Assembly: GCF_039654945.1 (NCBI RefSeq)
Contig: NW_027361792.1
Location: 1-64,000, forward strand
Direction: 5' to 3'
Origin: Dendrobates tinctorius
Lineage: Eukaryota
Length of the DNA stretch: 64,000 nt
Positions 1 through 13,140 of this stretch are shown piece after piece (the first letter of the stretch is position 1; the number at the start of each line of letters is the position of its first letter). The position numbers and the translations under genes are program-made. A model generated the notes under the pieces. That model had not been told where the DNA came from and made no database searches. It was given only the letters and a program-made list of their open reading frames with translations.

Positions 1-1490
1 TGCGCTGCGCACCCCTATCTCCATCCCCCCCCTGCGCTGCGCACCCCCTATCTCCATCCCCCCCCTGCGCTGCGCACCCCTATACTCCATCCCCCCCCCT
101 GCGCTGCGCACACCCTATCTCCATCCCCCCCCTGCGCTGCGCACCCCTATCTCCATCCCCCCCCTGCGCTGCGCACCCCTATCTCCATCCCCCCCCTGCG
201 CTGCGCACCCCTATCTCCATCCCCCCCCCTGCGCTGCGCACCCCTATCTCCATCCCCCCCTGCGCTGCGCACCCCTATCTCCATCCCCCCCTGCGCTGCG
301 CACCCCTATCTCCATCCCCCCCCTGCGCTGCGCACCCCTATCTCCATCCCCCCCTGCGCTGCGCACCCCTATCTCCATCCCCCCCCTGCGCTGCGCACCC
401 CTATCTCCATCCCCCCCCTGCGCTGCGCACCCCTATCTCCATCCCCCCCCTGCGCTGCGCACCCCTATCTCCATCCCCCCCCTTGCGCTGCGCACCCCTA
501 TCTCCATCCCCCCCCTGCGCTGCGCACCCCTATCTCCATCCCCCCCCTGCGCTGCGCACCCCTATCTCCATCCCCCCCCTGCGCTGCGCACCCCTATCTC
601 CATCCCCCCCCTGCGCTGCGCACCCCTATCTCCATCCCCCCCCTGCGCTGCGCACCCCCTATCTCCATCCCCCCCCTGCGCTGCGCACCCCTATCTCCAT
701 CCCCCCCCTGCGCTGCGCACCCCTATCTCCATCCCCCCCCTGCGCTGCGCACCCCTATCTCCATCCCCCCCTGCGCTGCGCACCCCTATCTCCATCCCCC
801 CCCTGCGCTGCGCACCCCTATCTCCATCCCCCCCCTGCGCTGCGCACCCCTATCTCCATCCCCCCCCTGCGCTGCGCACCCCTATCTCCATCCCCCCCCT
901 GCGCTGCGCACCCCTATCTCCATCCCCCCCCTGCGCTGCGCACCCCTATCTCCATCCCCCCCCCTGCGCTGCGCACCCCTATCTCCATCCCCCCCCTGCG
1001 CTGCGCACCCCTATCTCCATCCCCCCCCTGCGCTGCGCACCCCTATCTCCATCCCCCCCCCCTCTGCGCTGCGCACCCCTATCTCCATCCCCCCCCTGCG
1101 CTGCGCACCCCTATCTCCATCCCCCCCTGCGCTGCGCACCCCTATCTCCATCCCCCCCCTGCGCTGCGCACCCCTATCTCCATCCCCCCCCTGCGCTGCG
1201 CACCCCTATCTCCATCCCCCCCCTGCGCTGCGCACCCCTATCTCCATCCCCCCCCTGCGCTGCGCACCCCTATCTCCATCCCCCCCCTGCGCTGCGCACC
1301 CCTATCTCCATCCCCCCCCTGCGCTGCGCACCCCTATCTCCATCCCCCCCCTGCGCTGCGCACCCCTATCTCCATCCCCCCCCTGCGCTGCGCACCCCTA
1401 TCTCCATCCCCCCCCTGCGCTGCGCACCCCTATCTCCATCCCCCCCCTGCTCTGCGCTGCGCACCCCTATCTCCATCCCCCCCACACCTC
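1..1490. repeat. Minisatellite, ~31-32 bp unit (TGCGCTGCGCACCCCTATCTCCATCCCCCCC), runs off the window start
   Basis: Tandem copies seen directly; they differ mainly in C-run length. Gives rise to the artefactual ORF 483..1550. Confidence 0.97.
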
Positions 1491-1499
1491 TGCGCTCTT

Positions 1500-1823
1500 T
1501 CCGGCTGGGGATCGTTGCCCAGCTGTGTAGCGGCTGCAGCAGTCACGTGAAGAGTCCCGGCGGCTCCGCCATTGTGTGCTCGTGCTGGCCGCCTCTCTAG
1601 CGCCCCCCGCCCGTGTGGTGCCGCCCCGCACACAGACTGCTCAGAACCAGGAAACACCTCCGCAGTCCGCCTTACTGGCCGGGTGGGAGGGGCTTCCTCC
1701 AATCATGTGACCTCGCGTCAGGGCGCTGGTTGGTCACGTGGTGATGCCTTGGAACGTCTTTCCTTTGTGTCGTGAACGTGACGTCACATTCCTGCGCCCG
1801 GAGACCCGCCAGACTGCGCTCTG
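1500..1823 (+). promoter_or_regulatory. CpG-rich FNBP4 promoter/5'UTR
   Basis: GC/CpG-rich sequence directly upstream of the FNBP4 ATG. Contains GTCACGTG E-boxes (1542, 1733), CCAAT (1699) and a full CRE TGACGTCA (1779-1786). Confidence 0.6.
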
Positions 1824-4800
1824 ATGGGGAAGAAGACGCGGGCGGCCTCAGGCCGGAGACCCATCCTCCAGCTGTCTCCCCCGGGGCCCCGAGCTGCCGT
1901 GGTGCGGGACGAGGCCGGCTCTGGCTCAGAAGGTGAGGCCCGGGCCCGATGTGTGCGGAGGGGGCAGTAAAGGCCGCAGCGCTCTCCCGGGGTTTCGTCA
2001 GTGTAGTGGACACGGGATATCGGCGTCCCCTGGTGTCCAGAACGTGGGGCTGATGCTGCTGCGGGGGCGCCCGGGTCACAGGAAGGAGCCACTTACTCCA
2101 CGGCTGATTATTTGCTCCAACAATCGTCTCCTGGAGCGACGCTTCAGAGATGCGTGCGGATCCGCACCACAGCGATGCGGAGTGCAGCAGCGGGGTCTCC
2201 AGTCACAGCGGCACGGCCTGCAGGTCACAGCCGCACATAGTGACACTAGCGACGTACAGCGCAGCAGCGGGGTCTCCAGTCACAGCGGCACGGCCTGCAG
2301 GTCACAGCCGCACATAGTGACACGAGCGACGTACAGCGCAGCAGCGGGGTCTCCAGTCACAGCGGCAGGGCCGGCAGGTCACAGCAGCACATAGTGACAC
2401 GAGCGACGTGGAGTGCAGCAGCGAGGTCTCCAGTCACAGCGGCACAGCTGGCAGATCATAGAATCGTAGAGTTGGAAGGGACCTCCTGGGCCATCTGGTC
2501 CAACCCCTTGCTCAAAGCAGGATTCGCTAAATCATCCCAGTCAGATGTCTGTCCAGCCTCTGTTTGAAGTCTTCCATTGAAGGAGAACTCACCACCTCTT
2601 GTGGCAGCCTGTTCCACTCATTGATCACCCTGTCAGCCTTCTGATATCTAATCTGTGTCTCCTCCCATTCAGTTTCATCCCATTGCTTCTAGTCTTTCCT
2701 TGTGCAAATGAGAATAAAGTTGATCCTTCTACAATGTGACAGCCCTTTAGATATTTGTAGACACCTATTAAGTCTCCTCTCAGTCTTCTCTTCTGCAAAC
2801 TAAACATTCCCAAATCCTGCAACCTTTCCTCATAAGACATGGTTTGCAGACCGGTCACCATTCTGGTCGCTCTTTTCTGAACTTGCTCCAGTTTGTTGAT
2901 GTCTTTTTTAAAATGTGGCGCCCAAAACTGGACACAATATTCCAGATGAGGTCTGACCAAAGAGGAGTAGAGGGAAATAATGACTTCACGGGATCTAGAC
3001 TGTATGCTTCTGTTAATACATCCTAGAATTGCATTTGCCTTTTTTGCTGCTGCATCACACTGTTGACTCATATTCAGTCTGTGATCTATTAGTATACCCA
3101 AGTCTTTTTCACATGTGCTGTTGCTTAGCCCTATTCCTCCCATTCTGTGTATGCTTTTTTCATTTTTATTGCCCAGATGTAGTACTTTGCATTTCTCCCT
3201 GTTAAAGACCATTCTGTTAGTTGCTGCCCACTTCTCCAGTTTATTTATATATTTTTGAATCCTCTCTCTCTCTTCTCTAGTATTAGCTATCCCTCCTAGC
3301 TTTGTGTCATCAGCAAATTTAATCAGTTTACCCTCAATTCCTTCATCTAAATCGTTGATAAAGATGTTGAACAATACAGGGCCCAGGACAGAGCCCTGTG
3401 GTACCCCACTTGAGACATTCTTCCAACTGGATGTGCAGCCATTTACGACCACTCTTTGGGTCCGATCACTAAGCCAGTTATGAATCCACCTAACAGTTGC
3501 CTTGTCCATTCCATACTTAGTCATTTTTTCAATAAGGATTGTATGAGATACTTTGTCAAATGCTTTGCTGAAGTCAAGATATACTATATCTACAGCATTT
3601 CCTCGATCCACCCAATCAGTGATTCCGTCATAGAAGGAAATTAAGTTAGTCTGACATGACTTATTAGTTACAAACCCATGCTGACTCTGTTTAATCACTT
3701 CATTCTTATCCAGGTACTGACATACATGTTGTTTAATAATTTGTTCAAAGATCTTTCCTGGTATAGAAGTCAGACTCACCGGCCTATAGTTGCCTGGGTC
3801 CACCTTCTTCCCCTTTTTGAAGATAGGAACAACATTTGCTCTTCTCCAGTCTTCTGGGACTTCTCCTGTTCTCCAAGAATTTTCAAAGATTATGGAGAGG
3901 GGTTCAAAAATTTCTTCTGCTATCTCCTTCAGTACTCTGGGGTGTAATTCATCTGGACCTGGAGACTTGAATTCATTTAGGTTAGCTAAGTGTTTCCTCA
4001 CTATCTTTGTTTATAGATATCCTGGATTCTTCTATTCCCTTAATAGGACAGTGAAGAACAGTTGATGTTACATTTCACAGGTCACAGCCGCTCTTATTGA
4101 CATGAGCGACGTGGAGTGTAGCAGCGGGGTCTCCAGTCACAGCAGTATGTCCTGCAGGTCACAGCCGCATATAGTGACACGAGCGATGTGGAGTGTAGCA
4201 GCGGGATGGCAGGTCACAGCCACACTTAGTGACACGAGCGACGTGCAGCGCAGCAGTGGGGTCTCCAGTCACAGCGGCACGGCCTGCAGGTGACCGCTCT
4301 CTAGGTTACATGAAGCAGCAGGATTGTTCTATAGATGTAAAGGGGAATGGAGCCAGCGCAGGATGAGACAGAACATCCGAGGGCGATGTACTGATCACCG
4401 GGGTCCCCGCAGCCCCATCCTGCACATAGCCAGGGAGCACCCTTTTTCTCCAGTCCCATGCGGTGTTGGTCGGACCTGTGTCACCGACTACACGGAGGAG
4501 GGGACTGTGCAGTGTCCGATTTATGACTCCTTTTCCAGAATTGATCACTGGAGGTCCGACCTCTATGAATAGGAGATAACTTTTAGTTTTGGGAATCGCC
4601 CTATAAAGGTCACAGTGTCGTAAATGAGTTTTTGATATCAACCACCTATTGTGCAGCAAATCCGTACATCCTGCAGATTTCACCCTTTAGGATCTGTCAT
4701 CAGACTATTGGGGTCCAACACTCGGGACTCCCACTGATCTGTGGGCAGCTGGATGTGTACAGCTCCACTCACAGTGTACTGGCCGTTCTCGGTACTGCAG

Positions 4801-7800
4801 CTCACATCACATTCATTTAAATAGGAAATGAGCTGCAGTACCAAAAATGGCCACTACAGAGTGGACGGCGCCACGCTGTTCTGGTTGTGTACATCCAGTT
4901 ATCACCAGGACTGCAAACAGCTAATCGTGGAGGTGTCATATGTCGGACCACCCACTATTCTGAAATTAGTTTACAACCAATTTAGCCATTTCTTGAGCTG
5001 TAAGTGCTGGGAGGAAAGGCTTTCTTACAGCAGCATTCCAGTTCTGTCTACAAATTTGTAGGCCGTCAGTCACTGTTAGGATCAGGTGGATGATAAATGG
5101 GCCATATTGGGCTCAGGCAGACATTGTGCACGCAGGCTCTGATCTTGTATCCTCTCCCCAGCAGAAGATGCCGACTCTCAGAAAGGACTCGTTCCTCCGG
5201 CTGCAGTGATGGTGACAGAAGCGCAGGCTGCAGTAGTGAAGCCTACGGGTAAGATCTGGGGGCTTCATCCCCATCCCTCTCCAAACACGGTGACTGAGAA
5301 CTAACAGCTGATGTTCTCCTTCCACAGGCGGATTGTGTCTGCTCGGAGCGTACACCGACAGTGACGATGAGGATGGAGACACCGCAGACAAACCTGTATC
5401 TGTACCCAGCACTAAAGGAAACACCTCCGCTGATATCGACAGCACCTTGGCCAATTTCATGGCGGTGAGGAGCAACCTTAGGTTTCTTGATCCCCCTTTA
5501 ATCATGTGCAGGAACGGCCGTGCATTGTTTATTAATGGGGAGAAGGGAGGAAAGTCCTGCTAGACCCCTACAAGAACTAAGACTGGGCATACTGAGATCC
5601 AACAAGCCCAATCCTGTTCCACATCTTCTGATAATGGTGTGACGAGAGACCCCTAGACCCCTACACACATTGCATAGTTGTCTGACTGGCTTCACATTTA
5701 TGGCGTTTCCTCTGCATAGACTATAATTGTCTGTGTTTTAGATCAGTTTTTCAGAAACGACGAATCTACTTTTCTGTGGCAGAACACATCAGCAGATTTG
5801 CCGCAATGTGTCAGTGCAGGGAAGTCTAAGCCTGGAGACACAAATAACAGTCCCCATTGGTACATGTAGAAAACTGCCGTATCGGCCTCTGTTCAGAGCT
5901 TCCGTTGGGAGTTTTTGCAGATGAGGGAATGAATATTTCTGCACATAGCTTTATTCTTTGCCTTCAAACTAGAAAAACTGCAACGGAGCCTGAACGACTT
6001 CCAGTATTTGGGGTCTGTCGGCACCGGTGGAATTCATCATACCATGGATCAGACGGCTTTCCGCTACTCCTGAATGTACGCAATAATGTTTCCATTTATG
6101 AGCAGCCGAGATCTCGGAACATAAGTAATTAAAACTTGTAATGAAATAGTTTCATGGTGATAACATTGCCCTTCCTGGTGCAGGCGATTAAAGCGAAGGT
6201 CGAAGCATTGATTGTTTTCTTCCTCAGGAAATTGATGCGATTACTGCTCCTGATGGAAACTCTGAGTCCACATCTGCCGTCCCCCCACCGACTCCTCCGA
6301 AGCCGGATCCAAAGGATTCCCATGGTTCCACATCCGCTGCTCACAATGGTTCAGATCCCAGTGTGTCCGGGGATATATGGCATTACGACACGCAGTGCTC
6401 TCTAGCGGGAGGTGAGTGGGCACTCACAGATCTAAGGGGGATCAACACTTGTTTGGTCGGCAGCGATTCCTCCCCACACCGCTGCACCCAAGTGATTGTA
6501 TATGCACCTTACCTGGACGGGAGTGAGGATTAGGTGACTGTTGGATCTGACATTTTTTGGCACACTGCCTTAAAGGGGTATTCTCGTCTCTTACATTTAT
6601 GGGATACCTACAGGATTTACTATTAATATATAGTACATGCAGAACCCACCAATGGGAACTGAGAGATCTGCATTGTACATTAGAGCTATATTCTGTGGAT
6701 GCGCCATAAATGTACGAGATGGGAATACCCCTTCAATCCTCCGTGCTCGTCCTGGGCCCCTAAGTGCGTTGCATTAATGAGCCGTCCATACTTGTCTTTC
6801 AGTTGGAGTTGACATGGGAGATTGGCAGGAAGTGTGGGACGAAAATACCGGATGTTACTACTACTGGAACACGGCAAGCAATGAAGTCACCTGGGAGCTG
6901 CCTCCGAGCCTGGCCTCACAGGTGCAGGGTGTGCAAGGACATGGCAGCAGGTAATGCGCTGCTCTAATCTTGCGCCTTCCATGACTGTACTGCGGGGTAG
7001 TAATAGATGATCGTGTTTTACAGCATCGAGGCTCCTGCGATATCAGCTGCAGCCACCACAGATTCCCTGCCGGAAGTTAAGGACGAGGCTGCGGCGGTGC
7101 CGGCGATGTCCGGTGTTGTCAGCGCTCCGGTGCTTCTGAAGAGAGAGGCTAAGAAGGTAAGATTACCGTACCTCTGCTCGTGTGTGTCGACTCCGAGAGC
7201 TGAAGACTACGATTAGACCAAGAGAAGTTAGGGGCGTCTGACTGAGGAGAATGAGGGGCTCCACATCTATCTTCTCAGTGGTAGATCTAAGAGCATCTGC
7301 GAGACGTCTCTGCTGAGACTCAGGACTGCACTTGGTCACATTTATCTTTCTGGAGGGGTTTGGCACATGTTCTGCAGCTGCGTGTGAATGTGGGGGCTGG
7401 AAGTCCTACCTCCACCTGACCTGCTTGTCATGGAACAGCCCCTTTATAACATGGATGAGGACTGGATGATAAAAGAAATACAAATTAATTTCTTGGCTGC
7501 ATCATTGGGGGACACAGGAACTGTCCCCCAACGAAGGCTACAAGAAAGATTTTATGAACTAAAAATCCTCTTCCGTGACTCGCAGCCTGAAGTCGGGGGT
7601 CCTCTTTAGACAATGTTTTTTTTTGTGTTTTAGGAAGTGAATGAAGCTGTTCAGGCCCTTTCCAATAAGGAGGAGGAGAAGCTCGGGGTGGCTGCGTCGC
7701 TCCTGGCACCACTTCTGCCAGTTGACGTGAAGGAGGAGGAGGAACGCTGGCGGAAGAAGGTCATCTGTAAGGAATATTTGGTGGAAGCTGCATCTGAGGA

Positions 7801-10800
7801 CGAGGAGGACATGGCCACTGCCTGTACTGATGGAGTACCTGCTGTAGACAACCAGGCCCAGGATGACATCTGTAGCACCGTCCAATCTGGAGAGAGCGAA
7901 GAAGAGACAGAGGAGCAGGACACCCTGGAGCTGGAGCGGGTGCTGGAGAGAAAAAAGGTTCGGGATTTGTTCCTTGTCCTGAATGTTGTTCCCACGATGC
8001 TTAAATATGAGCTATAAATGGCTCCTTCAGAGGTTTTCTCATAAATAAGAAGCTTTTAGTTAATGAGACCTGAGATTTGTGCTTATGCTGGAGCTGTCCA
8101 GGATACGACACCTGCAGATACTAATACATGGCAATATAAGAGTCTTATAATGAGGTGTGACTGTGTGCAATTTGTCAGTAAGTGCGCCGCCCCTTTAAAT
8201 AAGCATTTGTGTCTTGTCCTGCAGATTCAGTAATAACTAGAGATTCAGCATGCTGTCGTGAACTATACGGGCCACATACAACTTGTGACTGTTGCTGGTG
8301 TCCGTGATATTGGATGATGGCCCTTTTAAATAATTTGGGCGACTCTTTATTTCTCTTGCCAGGCTGAGCTGAGGGCCCTGGAGGAGGGAGACGTCAGCGT
8401 GTCCGGATCCAGTCCACGCTCAGATTTCAGTCAGACTGACGAAGCCCAAAAGGCCAAACCTCCCGCCAGCAAGTGGAAAGTGTTTGTGCCCGTGGCCAGC
8501 CCCAGCTCAAGCCGCAGCTCCAGCAAAACCGGGCGAGACTCTCCTGAGACGGGTGAGCAGCTGCAGCCATCATTCACTTATCTGTACGGGCGCTGCAGGA
8601 CATTGGGGGTAACTCAGGCTTGTTATATTCCCAGAAATGGGGGCCGAAGCCGCAGAATGTCCGCCCCCTGCGAAGGAGCCCGAGGGTGAAAGTGTCAAGA
8701 CAAAGCCAAGGCCTGAGCAAGAGGAAGAGGACCTGAAGGTAATGTTGTCTGGTGGAAAATTCTCGCTGCCAGTATAGGGGTTGGCAAACATGGCGGCGTT
8801 ATTGGAATAACAGCAGCTCCCGTCTCCAGGCTGTGCGGGATCATAGCTCAGAATGGAGGTGGTGTTGCTCTTTTTAGAAGAAAGTCACCATGTTTTTAGC
8901 CAGTATGGATCGATTGGATCACATAAATGGAGCTCTCCCATCTGGACATCCCCCTCCATTGGAATACATGGCATAGAGGAGGAAAGGGTCGGGGCACAAA
9001 GCAGACGAAATATGACGTTTTTGCTAAAAGGAACATGACGTAGTCTTCCAGCAATCGCTGCGTATTGTGTAAAAGAAGCCGCTAGGTCACTGCTAGGAAC
9101 GCTGCGTCCAAGTGTTACGCCCGGTCACACAGGGACCCTCCGTACAGTACTCGAATGTGCCGGGACTAAACCGTTTGCTGCTCTTCGCTCTGACCTATAC
9201 AGGGGTCCTGAGCGAGGGTCTTCCCTTCAATATCCATATACTGTAGCGGAGCGTGGCCACCCTTGTTCTGCGGAGATCGTTCTCCCTCCTTTTTATATTT
9301 TCTTCCCTCTCCTCAGTTCCAGATTGGAGAACTCGCAAACAACCTGATCAGCAAGTTGGAATTTTTGGGCATCAACAGACAGAGTGTGTCCAATTTCCAC
9401 GTCCTGCTCTTTCAGACTGAGGTGAGTAGTTTTTGCAGGATTTTTTGCAGCCCCCCCCCCCCCCTTCACCATCGCCTGATCATCTTCTGATAGAAATCTT
9501 TGGCGTATTCGTTGCTTTTCAGACCCGAATCTCAGACTGGCGGGAGGGTGCCCTCAGCGGAAGCTACTTGAAACGCAAACTACAAGACGCATCAGAACAA
9601 ATAAAACTGTATGAAATTAACGCCACTCCTAAAGGCTGGTCCTGCCACTGGGACAGGTACGAATCTTCCCCAATTTTCACCTTTCACATCTCAAACATGA
9701 CTTTGTGACATCACCACCTGACCTCGTGACCTCATCTGTCTGGAGACTGAACGCGGCGGCGGCGGAAATGTAGTTGCTGGGGCAAAGTGAGCGCTTGGGC
9801 CTGCAGATCGGAGAAACTTATGTGATAGCGGTGTATGCATAGTGTTCATGTGATAAGGAGGTTCCCTATCGGACGGAGGTGCTGAGTGCACGGCTCTGGG
9901 AGGGCAATTGGGGGGAAGCGCATGCGACAGCTCTGTGACCCTTACAGGATTTGGAAGCCTTTGCGTAACATCGGTGAAGTTTCCACAAGCTTCATGATGC
10001 CAAGTGTCTGCGAAGATCAGGATTCTGTCTCTCGTCACGCAGGTCAGACAAATAATTTTTTTACACTTGTCTTTTTTTATTTTGCTTTTATTTTACGTTT
10101 TTTTTATTTGTATCCTCTGCTTATTGAAGATCTTTACTCTTTATCTTTCAGCTCTAAGAAAATAAACTCAATTACATAGTTTGTCTGAATGAGCGGCGCT
10201 CTTAGAGGTGGTCACATACATGAGCGTGACGTTCCCAGAGCGCTGCTCGCCTCTAATCTCCCCCTCCCCATTGTACTCCGGAAATGATTATCAACTAAGA
10301 CTGCCCTTTTTTATATTGAAACGTTTGCTAACATGTCCCTGCCGTCCTCGTGGTAGGATGGATTTTTTTTTTCTCCCCTTTTCTATGTTGAGTTCCCCCC
10401 ACCCCTGTCCGCTGGATGCAGCCACAGGGGGAAGGAGACCTAATGAAAGATTCGACTGCGCAGGAGGCGGAAACTTAAAATCTTTCTCTGTTTTTGTGAT
10501 TCAGGGATCATAGACGTTATTTCTATGTTAATGAAATCTCAGGAGAGTCGCAGTGGGAGTTTCCTGATGTGGAAGAGGAGGAGCCGGCACCCAAAAATAA
10601 ATCTGAAGCAGCCGCTAAAATGGCTGAAAGGGACAAGATCCCTGGTGCCCCCACTCTTCCTCCAGAGCCGCCAGCATCAGCGTCAGGTAACGTATTGGGG
10701 AATGTGGGGTCTCTGGACGTGCCCATGGCAGCTGCTCGGAGGCGCACTCATTTTTTTTTTTTTTTTTCTATCCCTGTCCAATTACAGCTAATGTGCCAGT

Positions 10801-13140
10801 TTCTAATTACTGGGAGTTTGTGCAGCCGCCACCTCTTCCCCTGGAAGCGCCGCCGCCGCCACCACCTCCTCCTGACTCGCCCCCTCCTCCACCTCCTCCA
10901 CCACCGCCCCCTTCTTCACCACCCCCTACTCCCCCAATGGAGGATGGTGAAATACAAGAGGTTGAAATGGAAGATGAAGACTGTGAAGAACCTCCTGTCC
11001 CGGGAACAGAAGCTATGCTTGTGAAATGTGTGAATTCTGAAATCCCAGCAGCTAAGGTGAGGGGGGGGGGGGGGGGGGCAAGGGAATTAAAGGGGTGGTG
11101 TAAAATTAGAACAGGTCTTGCCAGACCAGCCTATAGGCTATGTTGGGTATTGCAGGTAAATCGCACATTCTAGCACTTTTATTATTATCTGTATTTTAGG
11201 CGAAAGCAGAACAGTCTGCAAAAGGCACCAAGCGGAAATCCGGGTCTGATGTGTTCGGAGAGCAGTCTGTGACTATCGGAAGTTGTCCGATCCTCTACAC
11301 TCAGCAGTCCATCTCAGCAGGTCTGATGTTGAGCGATTTCTACTACCACAACACTTTACTAACTTGCAATTTTAACTTTTTTCTTATCAATTTACTGTCA
11401 TTCCAGCTCCTGTTATGGCTGCCATGAGCGTCCCCTCCGGTTACATGGGACTTCCACTACAAGTCCCGTCTCCAGTTATGATGAGCAGCATAGACTATGC
11501 TCTGCCAAGCGCTAATATGGTGCCCTCCATCCAGCATGCATTGCCACATCATACATCCATGTCCACGTCTACAGCTCCAGAGCAGCAGGTTTCAATGTCG
11601 CAGATCCAAGCCCCTGCAAGCAAACCCCCACCCCTAGAGAAGCCAAAAAAGAGCAAAAAACTAAAGGTAAGGCTTGATAAGTCAGACTGGGGGGGGGGGG
11701 GGGGGTCGCTGTCCTTAGGGAAGGTGCAGTATTACTAGAGTACACGACAAAGCGCAGCCCTATGTCTGGCCTGGATCATAGATGGGGGCCCTGCGTGGCC
11801 TTTAATCCACTTGCCACCATCATCCCTCAGTGGGGCAAATAAAAAGGGTTTTCTCTAATCTACTCGACATTTCATGTTCTGCAGTTTTCTAGCTGTAATG
11901 ATATGTTGTCTCTGAGCTGGTGGATAGAGAAGAGTATGATGTTTCCCTTACACCGGCATGAGGGATTCCTGCTCTCTTGTTTCTATGTAGTACATGTTCA
12001 GAAGCTGCAGCATGAGGGACATTATTCAGCAGTCTAGCTGTGACTCCAGCCCTGGAGTTTAATAAAACAGTTACCATAAAGCAGTAACATGGAGGACATT
12101 ATACAAAAGTACTAAAACGTGTAGCTGTGAATCCTATAATGGGGTGAGATAACACAATTATTAAAAAGCATGACGCACGTTATACAGCAGTATTGAGAAG
12201 TGGAGCTGTGAGTCCAGCACTGGAGTAAGAAACAATAGAAAGCTGCAGGACATTATACAGTGGTACTGAGAAGTGTAGCAGTGAATCCTCAACTGTAGTG
12301 AGATAAAAACAGCAACATGGAGGAAATTATACAGCAGTACTGGGTAGTGTAGATGTGTATCCAGATCAAGGGTAAGATCAGATACTGGAAACTAACAATC
12401 TGTGTCATGGCCTTTTTTTGCTCCTTTTAACTTTAATCTGATCCCTTTTCTTTACACAAATGTTAGCCGTTTTTAAGTGATGTGTTCAGGTGTCAGTGGC
12501 TGATAGAAGTGACTCATAAGTGGAGAAAGAAGCTAGTTTTCATGATGATATATTGCATAAAAGTTTGTTGAAATGACAGCGACCACACTCTTGCCTGAGA
12601 ATCTGAGCCTTTGCTCTCCACAGGTGAAGAAGAGTAAGGTGAAGATGCCGTCTCTGGTGCAGAAGTGGCAGAACATTCAGAAGGAGCTGGATGAGGAAGA
12701 GAACTCCAGCTCCAGCGATGAAGATCGCAGCGTCCTGAACCAGAAACGTATTGAGGAGTGGAAATTGCATCAGCTGTCCAGGTATGTGAGCGCTGCTCCT
12801 GTGATCGGACCACATCTTCTGTACCGATAGGGTCCGTGCACACAATCGTACAGCAGCAGGATACCATTATCCGATGACGCCTTTCAATATGCAGCTACCC
12901 GGGAATCATCTGATTGCACCAGAAACCCTGCGGGCCGCCCGGCCATTTCTATAGTGACACTCCTGTAATAAGTCTCTGATCCTGTACTATCAGCATGATC
13001 TCTACATCTGGCTGCAATTTTACTATTTATTGTCTCATTTCAGTGGCATGGCGGAGAAGAACGCCAACTTTGAAGTCCTTCCTGAAGATTGGCGGCAGAG
13101 ATTAAAGAGGAGGAAAATGGCTTCCAGCACGACAACCTGA
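1824..13140 (+). CDS. FNBP4: Formin-binding protein 4 (two WW domains, proline-rich region); 17 coding exons, ~913 aa
   Basis: Exons with GT-AG boundaries and continuous frame: 1824-1932, 5162-5248, 5328-5464, 6228-6411, 6803-6950, 7024-7156, 7634-7957, 8363-8552, 8635-8738, 9317-9421, 9523-9656, 10505-10686, 10788-11056, 11200-11320, 11407-11666, 12624-12781, 13044-13140 (total 2742 nt). Recognisable FNBP4 peptides: MGKKTRAASGRRPILQLSPPGPR, GGLCLLGAYTDSDDED, WW1 GDWQEVWDENTGCYYYWNTASNEVTWELP, WW2 PKGWSCHWDR/DHRRYFYVNEISGESQWEFPD, KMPSLVQKWQNIQKEL, NANFEVLPEDWRQRLKRRK. Confidence 0.95.
2170..2454. repeat. ~63-bp tandem repeat (left part; resumes at ~4078-4290 after the CR1 insertion)
   Basis: Repeated GCAGCGGGGTCTCCAGTCACAGCGGCACGGCCTGCAGGTCACAGCCGCACATAGTGACAC units on both sides of the LINE. 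Confidence 0.85.
2455..4030 (-). mobile_element. 5'-truncated CR1 LINE (ORF2 reverse transcriptase, 3' part) in FNBP4 intron 1
   Basis: ORF 2625..4001 has KSPGPDELHPRVLKE, NYRPVSLTS, YLDFSKAFD, GVPQGSVLGP and KFADDTKL. CR1-type 3' tail (ATTCTATGAT on the - strand) near 2455. A small deletion near the ORF end changes the C-terminus relative to the copy at 42.8-43.3 kb. Confidence 0.95.
4078..4290. repeat. Continuation of the ~63-bp tandem repeat
   Basis: Same unit as 2170-2454. Confidence 0.8.
6570..6736. mobile_element. Short Kolobok/T2-type MITE
   Basis: TTAA-AGGGGTATTCTCGTCTC at the left end and its imperfect inverted copy GAGATGGGAATACCCCT-TCAA at the right end. Confidence 0.5.

Noticed and set aside
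483-1550. 355-aa Pro/Cys-rich ORF
   Set aside because: Translation of the 31-bp minisatellite; no ATG start and no domain.
9700-10500. Intronic snoRNA in FNBP4
   Set aside because: No convincing C/D box pair with terminal stem or H/ACA architecture visible by eye; an Infernal/Rfam scan would be needed.
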